A stretch of DNA of 64,000 bases from Candidatus Woesearchaeota archaeon (lineage in GTDB: Archaea > Nanobdellota > Nanobdellia > Woesearchaeales > UBA9642). The translations under genes and the position numbers were made by a program. This document shows, in pieces, positions 28,008-38,108 of the stretch. Below the pieces are notes generated by a model. The model saw only the letters and a program-made list of their open reading frames with translations, was not told where the DNA came from and did no database searches. The stretch is from contig JAWANI010000002.1 in the NCBI GenBank assembly GCA_038895475.1, positions 30,871 to 94,870 of the forward strand, in the 5' to 3' direction. Position 1 is the stretch's first letter. Every line of letters begins with the position of its first letter.

Positions 28008-29936
28008 GTGGGTATGAATTCAAATATTACAGAGACAAAACTAATTAACGGATTTCTTTGGACCTATCCAAAAAAAGAGGTAATTAAAAGAACTGCTGGC
28101 GAAAAAATACATTTTAAATGTGAACTTGCAGAAGAATTATTGAAGGAAAAAATAATTGTAGAAGTATGGACAAACATTTCAGGGAGATACCACGGATATG
28201 AGATGAATTTAAATGATAATTTTTTTTCTTTAGAATTGGATTGCAAAAAAACAGGTTTTTACAGTGCCACATTCAGATGGAGACACGATAAACATGAATA
28301 CTGGAATTGGTTATTTTCTCCTGATGAAAAAGATTTTACTCAAATACATGTAGATCCTGAATATATTGATGAAAGCATAGTTTATAATGCGTTTATAAGA
28401 TTTTTTGGATACAAAGATGTTGAAAAAAACGGAAGAATAAATATTAAACATACCGGTTCTTTTGATGATTTAAAGTATAGGCTTGATGAATTAAAAAAGA
28501 TGGGTATAAAAATATTATACTTAAACCCTATACATCCTATCGGGGAATTGTACAGAAATTACAATCCTCATGATTTATTTCCGCCATATATGCAGCCAGG
28601 CTGTCCTTATAGTATAAGAGATTATAAAGCAATAGATCCTGAACTAGCAATAGATAAGGACCATTCCCAAGGACCTTATGCATCCCTTTCCGAACCTATG
28701 AAAGAATTTAAGGAAATGGTTAAAGAAGCACATAAGAGAGGTATAAAGGTTTACATGGATTTAGTATTTAACCATACAAGCCATGATTTTGTGCTTCAAA
28801 GACTACACCCTGAATGGTTTTTATATAAAGAAGATATAAAGAGTTTAGACGCACCATATTTATATCCAGAAGATGCAAAGAAAGGAAAACCATGGGGTGA
28901 TGCAAGATTTACTATGTGTCCTTTCGATCATGGTTTTTGGTGGGAGGATGCTGCACAATTGAATTGGAATTATAAAATACCTGAAGCAATAAATAAGCCT
29001 CCTAAAAACCCCACTATAAAAGAGATGTATACATATTTTAAATCCATACCAAAATACTGGATAAAACATATTGGCATAGACGGTTTTAGATGTGATGTGG
29101 CTTATAGGATACCTTTAGATTTTTGGAGGGAATGTATACATGAAGCAAGAGAATTTGCTAAAAAAGAGCATCCAAAAAATGGTTCCATAACAGGAGATGT
29201 GGTCTTTATAGCAGAATCATACATTGATGATATAAAAGAATTGTTTGAAGCAGGTTTTACAGCAGTTTATGGCGATTTTTCTAATAAATTATATACTGTT
29301 GAAACATTAAAAGGATATCTTGATTATATGTATAATATTTCTGGAAAATTTTTTCCTGAGAATGCAAGATTTTTTATATTTCCAGAATGCCATGATTTTG
29401 TAAGAAACACAAAAAAATTACTTGGACAATTAAGCAAAGATGAAATACTTTCAGAGAGAGCTAATAAAAGCAGATGGACAATAACTGCAACTCTCCCTGG
29501 CATACCTATGATATTTAACGGATTTGAAAAACTAGAATGGCAACAAATAAATCTTTTCTCTTATAGCAGTATTGACTGGGAGTCTGATAAGGATTTAAAA
29601 AAATATATTACTAAAGTAAATAATATAAGAAACAAGTATAAGGCATTGCAGAAGGGAAAATATATTTATGTAAAAACAAATCAAGGAATAAATCAATATT
29701 CTCAGTTATTTAGTTTTATGAGAATTTATGATAAACAAAAAATGCTGGTGTGTGTGAATATGGATTTATATAATAGAGCAACAGTAAAAATTTATCTTGA
29801 TGAATCAGGAATTGATTTTACAAAAAAATATACACTAAAAGATTTATTGACCAATAAAAAATACTTAAGAGAAGGAAAAGAGGTGTTGATTGTTTTAGAG
29901 CCTGGTGAAAGCCATATATTCGAAATAATACAATAG
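28008..29936 (+). CDS. GH13 alpha-amylase family glycoside hydrolase
   Basis: 642 aa. GH13 regions DLVFNHTSHD, GIDGFRCDVA, FIAESY and FPECHDF. Shine-Dalgarno-like GAGGTG lies upstream. Confidence 0.8.
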   Translation: MGMNSNITETKLINGFLWTYPKKEVIKRTAGEKIHFKCELAEELLKEKIIVEVWTNISGRYHGYEMNLNDNFFSLELDCKKTGFYSATFRWRHDKHEYWNWLFSPDEKDFTQIHVDPEYIDESIVYNAFIRFFGYKDVEKNGRINIKHTGSFDDLKYRLDELKKMGIKILYLNPIHPIGELYRNYNPHDLFPPYMQPGCPYSIRDYKAIDPELAIDKDHSQGPYASLSEPMKEFKEMVKEAHKRGIKVYMDLVFNHTSHDFVLQRLHPEWFLYKEDIKSLDAPYLYPEDAKKGKPWGDARFTMCPFDHGFWWEDAAQLNWNYKIPEAINKPPKNPTIKEMYTYFKSIPKYWIKHIGIDGFRCDVAYRIPLDFWRECIHEAREFAKKEHPKNGSITGDVVFIAESYIDDIKELFEAGFTAVYGDFSNKLYTVETLKGYLDYMYNISGKFFPENARFFIFPECHDFVRNTKKLLGQLSKDEILSERANKSRWTITATLPGIPMIFNGFEKLEWQQINLFSYSSIDWESDKDLKKYITKVNNIRNKYKALQKGKYIYVKTNQGINQYSQLFSFMRIYDKQKMLVCVNMDLYNRATVKIYLDESGIDFTKKYTLKDLLTNKKYLREGKEVLIVLEPGESHIFEIIQ

Positions 29937-30003
29937 TTTTATAAAATAAGTGTTAAAAAAAATATTAATGCAATTATTAATAAAAAACTAACATTGATAA
30001 CAA

Positions 30004-31296
30004 ATGAACAAAAGCAATAACAAAAAAGCATGGATAATATCTGTCGATATGGGTTACGGCCATCAAAGGGCCGCATATCCTTTTAAAGAAATTGCTTTTG
30101 AAAGAATAATAACTGCTAATAGTGATAAAATAGTTTCCTTAAAAGAACACAGATTATGGGAACAATCAAGGGAATTTTATGAATTTATATCAAGATTAAA
30201 AAATATTCCTCTAATAGGAAAGATTGCTTTCGGAATTTATGATACTTCACAAAAAATAAGTCCGTTCTTTCCATTCAAAGATTTAAGTAAACCAAACTTT
30301 TATGTATTAAGACTTAAAGCATTAATCAAAAGAGGGTTATGCAAGAGCATAGTTGAATATACTTCTAAGGAGAATATGCCTGTAATAACAACACATTTCA
30401 TACCTGCAATGGCATTTAATTATAACAATAAAAAAGTATATTGTGTTGTTACAGATACAGATATTAATAGGATATGGGTGCCTGATAAACCTAAAAATTC
30501 AACAATAACCTATTTAAGTCCATGCAGGCATGTTACAAAAAGATTGCTGCAATATGGTGTTAATCCAGAAAAAATAATTGAAACAGGGTTTCCATTACCA
30601 AAGGAAAACATTGGAAAAAATAAGAAAATAGTTAAGAAAGACCTTATTAATAGGCTGATAAATCTTGATCCTAACGGTGTCTTTTTAAAAAAATATGAAA
30701 CACTTATAAGAGAGAAAATAGATAAAAACTTTAGTTACAAAAAAACAAAAAGGAATCTTAATCATCCATTGACATTAATGTTTACCATAGGTGGCGCGGG
30801 TGCGCAATATGAAATAGCTGACAAAATAATAAATTCTTTAAAAAACAAGATACTGCAAAAAGAATTAAAATTAATAATTTCCGTAGGCACAAAGCTTGAT
30901 CTGAAAATGTATTTTGACAAGAGAACAAAACATTTTGGAGAAATGTGTGAAATAATTTTTGCATTGGACAAAAAAACATATTTTGAAAATTTTAATAGGA
31001 GCCTAAGAACGACAGATATATTATGGAGTAAACCTAGCGAAATGTCATTTTACACTGCATTAGGAATACCTATAATAATCGCTCCACCGATTGGTGCACA
31101 TGAAGAAAGCAATAAAGAATGGTTAGAACATATTGGTTCTGGATTTGTACAAAAAAACCCAGAACATGTTAATGAATGGCTTTTTTATTGGTTAGAGGAT
31201 GGAAGGCTTGCGGATGCCGCCTTTCAAGGATTTATGGATGCACCCTTAATGGGAACATATAATATTGAAGATGTTGTATTCAAAAAATTTAAATAA
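30004..31296 (+). CDS. GT-B glycosyltransferase, GT28 / MGDG-synthase (UgtP)-like
   Basis: 430 aa. N-terminal SVDMGYGHQRAA (GxGH..AA) and C-terminal KPSEMSFYTALGIPIIIAPPIGAHEESNKEWL (compare K.GG....EA...G.P......pgQE..Na). Confidence 0.5.
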   Translation: MNKSNNKKAWIISVDMGYGHQRAAYPFKEIAFERIITANSDKIVSLKEHRLWEQSREFYEFISRLKNIPLIGKIAFGIYDTSQKISPFFPFKDLSKPNFYVLRLKALIKRGLCKSIVEYTSKENMPVITTHFIPAMAFNYNNKKVYCVVTDTDINRIWVPDKPKNSTITYLSPCRHVTKRLLQYGVNPEKIIETGFPLPKENIGKNKKIVKKDLINRLINLDPNGVFLKKYETLIREKIDKNFSYKKTKRNLNHPLTLMFTIGGAGAQYEIADKIINSLKNKILQKELKLIISVGTKLDLKMYFDKRTKHFGEMCEIIFALDKKTYFENFNRSLRTTDILWSKPSEMSFYTALGIPIIIAPPIGAHEESNKEWLEHIGSGFVQKNPEHVNEWLFYWLEDGRLADAAFQGFMDAPLMGTYNIEDVVFKKFK

Positions 31297-31997
31297 TGAT
31301 TAATAATAATATAAAAATGAAAAAGAAGCCTAATAAAAACAAAAAAACAACAAATCTAGAGACAATAAACAAAAAATTAGACTATATAATAAGAACACAG
31401 AAAAAAATTTTATATGAAGAAAAAACATTGGAAAAAGAAGAAAAAGATGTTTTTAACATAGAAAAAAATATTTCAAAAAAAGAGGAATCAGAAATAGAAT
31501 CTTTAGAAAAAAATTTTAAATTGACAGAAAAAGAACAGGAAAAATCCTTGCTCGAATTAAAGAATATAGAAGAAGAGATAAAAAAAGAATTTGGTGAACA
31601 TCCTTTAAAAAAAATAGGCTGGAGGGATATTGTAAAAGGGGCTGTAGGTGCTTTTATAGGATTAGTTGTTCATTATACTTTTTTTTATGGAATAAAAATA
31701 TCTGAGAATTTAGATTTGACAAGAGCGTCATTGCTTTTTGTCCTTTCATTCTTCATAGGAATACTGTTTATTTACACAACCGGTTTCAGAAAAGTTAAAG
31801 ACCCTAAAATATTGATGTTCATACCTCTAAGACTTATAATATTATACATAATAGCAGTGTTGATGTCAATAATTGTGTTGTTTTTATTTTATCCAAAATT
31901 TGGACACGACTTTAATGAAAGCTATAAGATGGTTTCAGTGGTGTTGCTTGCAGCAATTATAGGCGCATGCACAGCAGATTTGATAGGAAAAGAATAG
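31296..31997 (+). CDS. hypothetical protein: N-terminal coiled coil plus C-terminal 4-TM domain
   Basis: 233 aa. Residues 1-100 are K/E-rich. Hydrophobic helices run from GAVGAFIGLVV onward. Its start overlaps the GT stop by 1 nt. Confidence 0.5.
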   Translation: MINNNIKMKKKPNKNKKTTNLETINKKLDYIIRTQKKILYEEKTLEKEEKDVFNIEKNISKKEESEIESLEKNFKLTEKEQEKSLLELKNIEEEIKKEFGEHPLKKIGWRDIVKGAVGAFIGLVVHYTFFYGIKISENLDLTRASLLFVLSFFIGILFIYTTGFRKVKDPKILMFIPLRLIILYIIAVLMSIIVLFLFYPKFGHDFNESYKMVSVVLLAAIIGACTADLIGKE

Positions 31998-31998
31998 C

Positions 31999-32358
31999 AT
32001 GAAAAAAGAAGAAATAGATTTGGAAAAAGAAAAAAATATTCTGCAAAAAGAAAAAAAAATAATTAATTCATTCGAAGAAATTGTAATAAGATATAAAACA
32101 ACAAAAGACGAATCAGAATTAGATAATATAAAAAAATATACTGAGTACTTTAAAGAACTGATTGTCATAGTGGACACACAAAAAAACAGGATTGAAAAAT
32201 TCGGAGAAAATTTTAAAAGGCAGAACACACTGCTTCTTAATCTAATGAACATAACAAAATCATTATCTAAAGAAAACTATGAAAAAAATTTTGATAAAGT
32301 AACAGAATATTGTGAAAAATTCAAAAAAGAATGTGATTTGTTAAAAGAGTCACTCTAG
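31999..32358 (+). CDS. hypothetical coiled-coil protein
   Basis: 119 aa, K/E-rich. Starts 1 nt after the previous stop. Confidence 0.4.
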   Translation: MKKEEIDLEKEKNILQKEKKIINSFEEIVIRYKTTKDESELDNIKKYTEYFKELIVIVDTQKNRIEKFGENFKRQNTLLLNLMNITKSLSKENYEKNFDKVTEYCEKFKKECDLLKESL

Positions 32359-32419
32359 ACATATTTAAAAAAATAGTAAGCCATAAAACTTTATAAATAA
32401 ATAAAAATTTCTCCTTTAA

Positions 32420-33580
32420 ATGACAAACAATTCTTTAACTAAAGATAGAGAACAAACAAAAGAACCAAGTTTTAATTATAGTCAGCAAATAAATAGTGTT
32501 TTAGAAGATGAAAACAGGATTTTAAGAGAGGCAATTAATTCTTTAAGGGAAGAAATAGAAAGAATTAGAAGCCCTAGTTTAATGGTTGCCGACGTATCGG
32601 AAATAATTGATCAAGAACATGCAATAATAAAGATTCCTAACGGAAACAAATTTTATGTTAATGTTTCAAAAAATTTGAAAATAGAACCTGGAGATTCTGT
32701 TTTAATAGAACAAAAAAATCTTAATATTGTTGATAAAATAAATACTTCAAAAAATTTTGATGTGGAAAGATTTGTAATAATAGAAAAACCAAAAGTTTCC
32801 TGGAATGAAATAGGAGGCTTGAAAGAACAGATAGAGGATATAAAAGAAGTCATTGAATTGCCCTTAACAAATCCTGAATTGTTCAAAAAAATAGGAATTC
32901 AGCCCCCTAAGGGAATACTTTTATTCGGTCCTCCAGGTACAGGAAAGACATTGCTTGCAAAAGCTATTGCAAATTCAACAAATGCAACATTTATAGAAAT
33001 TGTCGGTTCTGAACTAGTGCAAAAATTTATAGGAGATGGTGCAAAACTTATTAAAGAAATTTTTCAGCTGGCAAAAAGTAAGGCTCCTTCAATAGTTTTC
33101 ATAGATGAGTTAGATGCATTGTGTGCAAAAAGAATAGATTTAGGAACTTCTGGGGAAAGAGAAGTACAGAGAACATTTATGCAATTGCTTGCAGAACTTG
33201 ACGGCTTTAAACCTTTAGATAACGTCAAAATAATCGGCTGCACCAATAGAAAAGACATATTAGATCCTGCAATACTTAGACCAGGAAGATTGGACAGACT
33301 TATTGAAGTTCCCAATCCAGACATTGATGGCATAAAACAAATTTACAATATACATATGAAGAATATGTCTTTGGATAAAAAGATAAATATGCAAAAAATA
33401 TATGAGCTTTCAAAAGGCGTTTCTGGGGCAGAGATAAAAGCAATTGTTACAGAAGCAGGATATTTTGCAATAAGAAATAAAAGGGATTATGTTAAAGAAG
33501 AAGACTTCATTAATGGAATAAATAAAGTAATAAAGAATGAAGATAAGTATGGAATAGAATATATTAAAATGTTTGGATAA
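32420..33580 (+). CDS. pan: proteasome-activating nucleotidase (PAN) AAA+ ATPase
   Basis: 386 aa. N-terminal coiled coil, OB region, Walker A GPPGTGKTLLAKA, Walker B IVFIDELDA, and a second region of homology. Confidence 0.85.
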   Translation: MTNNSLTKDREQTKEPSFNYSQQINSVLEDENRILREAINSLREEIERIRSPSLMVADVSEIIDQEHAIIKIPNGNKFYVNVSKNLKIEPGDSVLIEQKNLNIVDKINTSKNFDVERFVIIEKPKVSWNEIGGLKEQIEDIKEVIELPLTNPELFKKIGIQPPKGILLFGPPGTGKTLLAKAIANSTNATFIEIVGSELVQKFIGDGAKLIKEIFQLAKSKAPSIVFIDELDALCAKRIDLGTSGEREVQRTFMQLLAELDGFKPLDNVKIIGCTNRKDILDPAILRPGRLDRLIEVPNPDIDGIKQIYNIHMKNMSLDKKINMQKIYELSKGVSGAEIKAIVTEAGYFAIRNKRDYVKEEDFINGINKVIKNEDKYGIEYIKMFG

Positions 33581-33685
33581 GTATCGCTTCTAATAATAGT
33601 ATATTTTCCTAACGTTTTCTAAAAGCGATTTATAAACCAGTCTGGAATCAAAACAAATATATATAACTACTTTCAGTGATTATCC

Positions 33686-34918
33686 GTGGTTGATATAACA
33701 TTCGTGTTGCTGGGGATAAGTATAATACTTTTTCTTGGATTAATTGCAGAATTCATATTCAAGAAGACACACATCCCTGACATACTTTTCTTAATAATAA
33801 TAGGGTTTTTTATAGGTCCTAACGTATTGAAACTTGTTGAGCCTTCTGAAGTTGCAGTATATGCTCCAATATTTACTACATTCGCATTATTGTTCTTATT
33901 GTATGAAGGAGCTTTCTATACTAGTCTTAAGTCGTTTGCACAGGGTGCTGCAAAGGGGTTGCAGATAACGATATTTAATTTCTTAGTATCTTCCGTAGGT
34001 ATCGGAATAATAATGTACTTTTTTGGATATCCTATAATAATATCTATGCTTACTGGATTCATTTTAGGAGGCGTCTCATCAGCATTTGTTATACCATTAC
34101 TTAAATATCTCAGGATAAAGAAGAAAACGTATAGTGTACTATTGTTGGAAGCTGCACTGACTGATGTGTTAGTAATCGTGTTTTCATTTGCTGCTATAGA
34201 ACTAGTAATGTCTAACAGTATAAATATGTGGAACATGCTTTGGAATATTATAAGTTTTTTTGGAATGGCTATAATTGTAGGATTAATAGCTGGTTTTGCA
34301 TATATACTTTTTGTTGCAGAGGTACTTAATAAGAACGCTCCTTATATGATGACTATAGCATACTTGTTAATAGTATATGCGCTTGCAGAGTCCATGCATG
34401 GTAATGGGGCTATAGCAACGCTCGTTTTAGGTATTATGCTCAAGAATTCTAGGCCTATAATAATAGGGATTAGGCACAGATTGAATCGTAAACACGATGA
34501 CAAGAAGATTACTATAGTCATTAAAACTCATGAGGAAGTATTCTATAGTCAAGTATCTTTCTTCCTGAAGACGTTCTTCTTCGTATATATAGGTTTATTG
34601 TTTAATATAAACAATTCACGGATATTAAGTATAGCAGCAGTATTGGCCTTGACAATATTATTTCTAAGAAGACTTTCTGGATTAGTAACTAAGAAATTTC
34701 CACACTATGATAGGAGCGTGATAAATTCTATGTTTGCCAGAGGACTGGCCGCAGCTGCTATAGCACAGGTTGTTGTAATAAGTGACATGCCGTACGCATC
34801 AGATATATCTGCTATAACTTATGCGTTTATAGTTTTTACTATAATTCTTAGCTCTATAACCATTTTTATAGTTAAAAAATCGCATCATAGACAACAGATG
34901 CATAATGTGAATGTTTGA
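33686..34918 (+). CDS. Na+/H+ (cation:proton) antiporter, CPA1-like
   Basis: 410 aa with about 11 TM helices. GTG start. N-terminal LGLIAEFIFKKTHIPDILFLIIIGFFIGP is typical of Na_H_exchanger proteins. Locally higher G+C than its neighbours. Confidence 0.75.
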   Translation: MVDITFVLLGISIILFLGLIAEFIFKKTHIPDILFLIIIGFFIGPNVLKLVEPSEVAVYAPIFTTFALLFLLYEGAFYTSLKSFAQGAAKGLQITIFNFLVSSVGIGIIMYFFGYPIIISMLTGFILGGVSSAFVIPLLKYLRIKKKTYSVLLLEAALTDVLVIVFSFAAIELVMSNSINMWNMLWNIISFFGMAIIVGLIAGFAYILFVAEVLNKNAPYMMTIAYLLIVYALAESMHGNGAIATLVLGIMLKNSRPIIIGIRHRLNRKHDDKKITIVIKTHEEVFYSQVSFFLKTFFFVYIGLLFNINNSRILSIAAVLALTILFLRRLSGLVTKKFPHYDRSVINSMFARGLAAAAIAQVVVISDMPYASDISAITYAFIVFTIILSSITIFIVKKSHHRQQMHNVNV

Positions 34919-34976
34919 AGGATTTTTTATATGATTTTTCTTATAAATTTATAAACTTGTAATATATTCGGACATT

Positions 34977-35044
34977 GTGCGCGATGAGGTTGTGAACACC
35001 CGATGAGCTTTGCGATGATTAACGGAAGTAACTGCCGAGCGCAC
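34977..35044 (+). ncRNA. candidate kink-turn small RNA with box C/D-like layout (variant boxes GCGAUGA / CCGA)
   Basis: 68 nt, about half G+C, in an AT-rich spacer. Terminal stem GUGCGC/GCGCAC. Inside it a GAU bulge plus GA faces CCGA, giving canonical K-turn geometry. GCGAUGA occurs twice (34981-34987, 35012-35018) and CCGA twice (35000-35003, 35035-35038). Spacers are 12, 8 and 16 nt. TTTATAAA at 34948-34955 lies about 26 nt upstream of 34977. T-rich sequence follows. Confidence 0.45.
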
Positions 35045-35124
35045 ATTTCTTAAATAGGATTAAAAACATAAAAAGAAATGTCATTTCTATATAGTGATTA
35101 TAAACGGAAACTTTTTTAAATTAA

Positions 35125-35895
35125 ATGCTTTTCTGCTTAAAAATGATTAAAAATAACAAAAACCTCGAATATATATTAAACGATATCAGCAGTTCAATAC
35201 AAAACAACACTTTAGATTGGTCAAAATATTATCAATACACCCCAGAAATATATGATGAAGCGATTAATAGAATAAAAAGCAGAGCTGTTCATACTTCAAA
35301 ATTCATAAAAAATTACTTCTTCAGCAAGGAAATGCAAAAAAAAAGAAAAGAACACACTGTAAAAATATACAAAGAATTAAGAAAAAAAAACTATTCTGTC
35401 AGAATATCAAAATATATATCCAGATTAACACCATTACCTGTAGAAGACCCTTATGGTCAAGACTTTTTTTCTGGAACAATAGGATTAATAGTTGGCAGAA
35501 TGCATGAACCCGTAGAAAAAATCATAAGTAAACATTCTGGAATAAAACTGGAAAAAATAGAGAAAGGAGCATATTGGATGGAATACATTAATAACATCTT
35601 TTCCGGAGGCCAGATAGCATTAAGTGGTGTCGTATTTATCAATGGCATTTATGCACTTTTTGCTAATGAAGGATTATCTATAAAAAACAATCTACTCATA
35701 ACAACACTCACATATATCACAAAATATACACACACAATAATAGACCATATACATTATAAAAAAACCGGAGAATACAGGGCAAACCATGCAATGATATTTG
35801 TGCCTTTATCCTGGCCTGCATATACAATAGGTCTTGCAATGTCAGCAACACAAAAAATAAACGGCACTTCAAACAATAAATATGATAAAAAATAA
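35125..35895 (+). CDS. hypothetical protein with C-terminal TM segments
   Basis: 256 aa. The real start may be the internal MIKNNKN. No motif recognised. Confidence 0.45.
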   Translation: MLFCLKMIKNNKNLEYILNDISSSIQNNTLDWSKYYQYTPEIYDEAINRIKSRAVHTSKFIKNYFFSKEMQKKRKEHTVKIYKELRKKNYSVRISKYISRLTPLPVEDPYGQDFFSGTIGLIVGRMHEPVEKIISKHSGIKLEKIEKGAYWMEYINNIFSGGQIALSGVVFINGIYALFANEGLSIKNNLLITTLTYITKYTHTIIDHIHYKKTGEYRANHAMIFVPLSWPAYTIGLAMSATQKINGTSNNKYDKK

Positions 35896-35929
35896 GTTAT
35901 AAACTAAAAAGAAATTATTAATTAAATAA

Positions 35930-36958
35930 TTAATTAAATACTTCAAAATCAACACATACCCTGAAAATATGAGGGGCGTGTTGACCGCACTTTATAATAT
36001 TCAATATTTTATAATTAAGATTGTTTTTTTTGCATGAAAAATCTATTTTTTTTATTGCTTCATCAAAATTCTTTTCATCCAAAAAATCATAAAAATGTAA
36101 AATTGTGTTGTTTTTTGAAACAGAAAATGCATCATCCAAAAATTCGTCTGCTGTTTTCGGCAAAGGCATTATTATTCTGTCAAACCTTATCCCTTGGTCT
36201 TTTAAAATCGGAATGACATTATGAACATCACCGCATATTAATTCAATATTTTTGCATTTGTTCAATCGAATATTTTCAACACCGTATTTATGCCCTTCAG
36301 GATTTATTTCTATTCCAACAATGTGTTTTGCCTTTGTATTTTTAGATATTACAACAGGATATGGCGCCGCTCCTGAAAACATTACAAGTATTTCTTCCAT
36401 TGGTTTTACAAGAGCAAATATTCTTTTACGTTCATTGCTTAATCTTACCGAAAAATAAACTTTTTCTACATCGACTTTAAAGATGCAATTGTTTTCTTTA
36501 TAAAATGTTTCCCGTTTATCTTCCCCTGCTAAAAAAATCATTTTTTGGGTTCTGAATATTCCTTCATGAACGTCTGCTTTTTTTAAAACAGTTTTTATAT
36601 TTTTGTTAATGCTTAGAAGGGTTTCCGCAATTATTTTTTCCTTTTCAGTCAAATCTTTTGGTATTTCTAGAATTGCAATATCTCCGACTATGTCATGTGC
36701 TGTTTTTACAAACTTTAACTCTTCTTCAGAAAGTTTTTCTGCTAAATTTTCTTTTAATTTGCCTGACACCTGTGCTTTAGAAAACTGCATATCAACTATC
36801 TCGGCATCGCCCCTTATTATCTCTAATTTTTTTTTTAAAGGAAAGTATATATAAGTAATATCTTTTTTAATTCTATACTCTTTGTCTAAAATATCTGTCT
36901 CTAACAAATATTTTTTCCATTTTTGTGCATTTTTCAATGAAACCTTTAATGCCAACAT
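35930..36958 (-). CDS. trm5: tRNA (guanine37-N1)-methyltransferase Trm5/Taw-type (Met-10+ family)
   Basis: 342 aa. HDIVGDIAILEI, FSVRLSNERKR, SAM-binding VMFSGAAPYP, and the IIMPLP motif. Confidence 0.75.
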   Translation of the reverse strand: MLALKVSLKNAQKWKKYLLETDILDKEYRIKKDITYIYFPLKKKLEIIRGDAEIVDMQFSKAQVSGKLKENLAEKLSEEELKFVKTAHDIVGDIAILEIPKDLTEKEKIIAETLLSINKNIKTVLKKADVHEGIFRTQKMIFLAGEDKRETFYKENNCIFKVDVEKVYFSVRLSNERKRIFALVKPMEEILVMFSGAAPYPVVISKNTKAKHIVGIEINPEGHKYGVENIRLNKCKNIELICGDVHNVIPILKDQGIRFDRIIMPLPKTADEFLDDAFSVSKNNTILHFYDFLDEKNFDEAIKKIDFSCKKNNLNYKILNIIKCGQHAPHIFRVCVDFEVFN

Positions 36959-37069
36959 ACTTCATAGAAACATATATTTATTTATAAATTTAAACAATAT
37001 ATATTAAATCACATATTCATTCATAAGCGATAATAACATACCGAGAAAAACATCATTAAAAAGTAAGTT

Positions 37070-38101
37070 TTAAAAAAACTCTCCCAAAGATTTTTGTGAT
37101 TTTGATTTCTTATGAAGTGTTTCAAGAATTTTTCTTACACGATCTTCTGAAAAATCATGCTTTCTGCATAATACCTCTACCACTTTTTCATCATCTACTT
37201 CTTTAAAAAATATTTTGTAATTATCTGTTACTTCTGTATTTTTTATCAGATTAAAAACGTCTTTCCAGTCATAATCAAAATGTTCATTCCATGAAACTTT
37301 TTTAAAAAGCATATCAAAATCATTTTTACCATATTCTTTGACAATTTTTAATGCAGTTTTAGGACCTATTCCTTTTATACCTCCAATGTTATAATCTGTG
37401 CCTGTAAGCATTGCAATAACTATTAATTGATCTAAATTTATGCCTAAATTATTTAATGTGTCATCTAAACTTATAAGTTCAGGAGTTATGTTTTCATAAT
37501 TTATTTTTCCATGCTGCTTCTTCCTTCCTGAAAGTGTCAGATTTTTAACTATCAATGGACATCCGAAAATTAGAGAATCAGCATCCTGACTTAATGAAGC
37601 ATATGCATCTCTTTTTTTAACTATATATGCAGCCTGCGCCTCCCCTTCAGATGGTGCCTGAACTATACACATTCCTAAAGCAGTTATTAATTCTTTAGCA
37701 TCTTCAATCATCTCTTTTGTTAATTTAGATGTTCTTGAAGCATATTTTTTCATTTCTTCCAAATCTTCTCTTTCAGTTGCTTCTTTATATTTTCTTTCAG
37801 CCTCTAATTTTAATTCTGCACGCCGTTCCCTTTCTTTTTTCTTTAGTTCAGGGGCCTTTCCATCGAAAACAAATATTAGATTTATGTCATACTGCATAAT
37901 CTTGGTGAATCTATAGAACAAACCGTTGAGATGGCTAGTAATATTGCCCCGACTGTCTTTTAATAATGAACCGTCTGGCTGTCTTATGCTGGATAAAAAC
38001 ATGTATAACTGATTAAATGCATCAACAACCAACGTTTTTCCTTTAAGATCTTCTAAAGAAATAGTTTTGCTTGATATTAGTTCAGTTATTTTTGTACCCA
38101 T
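37070..38101 (-). CDS. fen: flap endonuclease 1
   Basis: 343 aa. VVDAFNQLY, FVFDGKAPELK, SEGEAQAA, H3TH LTGTDYNIGGIKGIGPKTALK, and a C-terminal PIP-like QKSLGEFF. Confidence 0.9.
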   Translation of the reverse strand: MGTKITELISSKTISLEDLKGKTLVVDAFNQLYMFLSSIRQPDGSLLKDSRGNITSHLNGLFYRFTKIMQYDINLIFVFDGKAPELKKKERERRAELKLEAERKYKEATEREDLEEMKKYASRTSKLTKEMIEDAKELITALGMCIVQAPSEGEAQAAYIVKKRDAYASLSQDADSLIFGCPLIVKNLTLSGRKKQHGKINYENITPELISLDDTLNNLGINLDQLIVIAMLTGTDYNIGGIKGIGPKTALKIVKEYGKNDFDMLFKKVSWNEHFDYDWKDVFNLIKNTEVTDNYKIFFKEVDDEKVVEVLCRKHDFSEDRVRKILETLHKKSKSQKSLGEFF

Positions 38102-38108
38102 TTTATGC

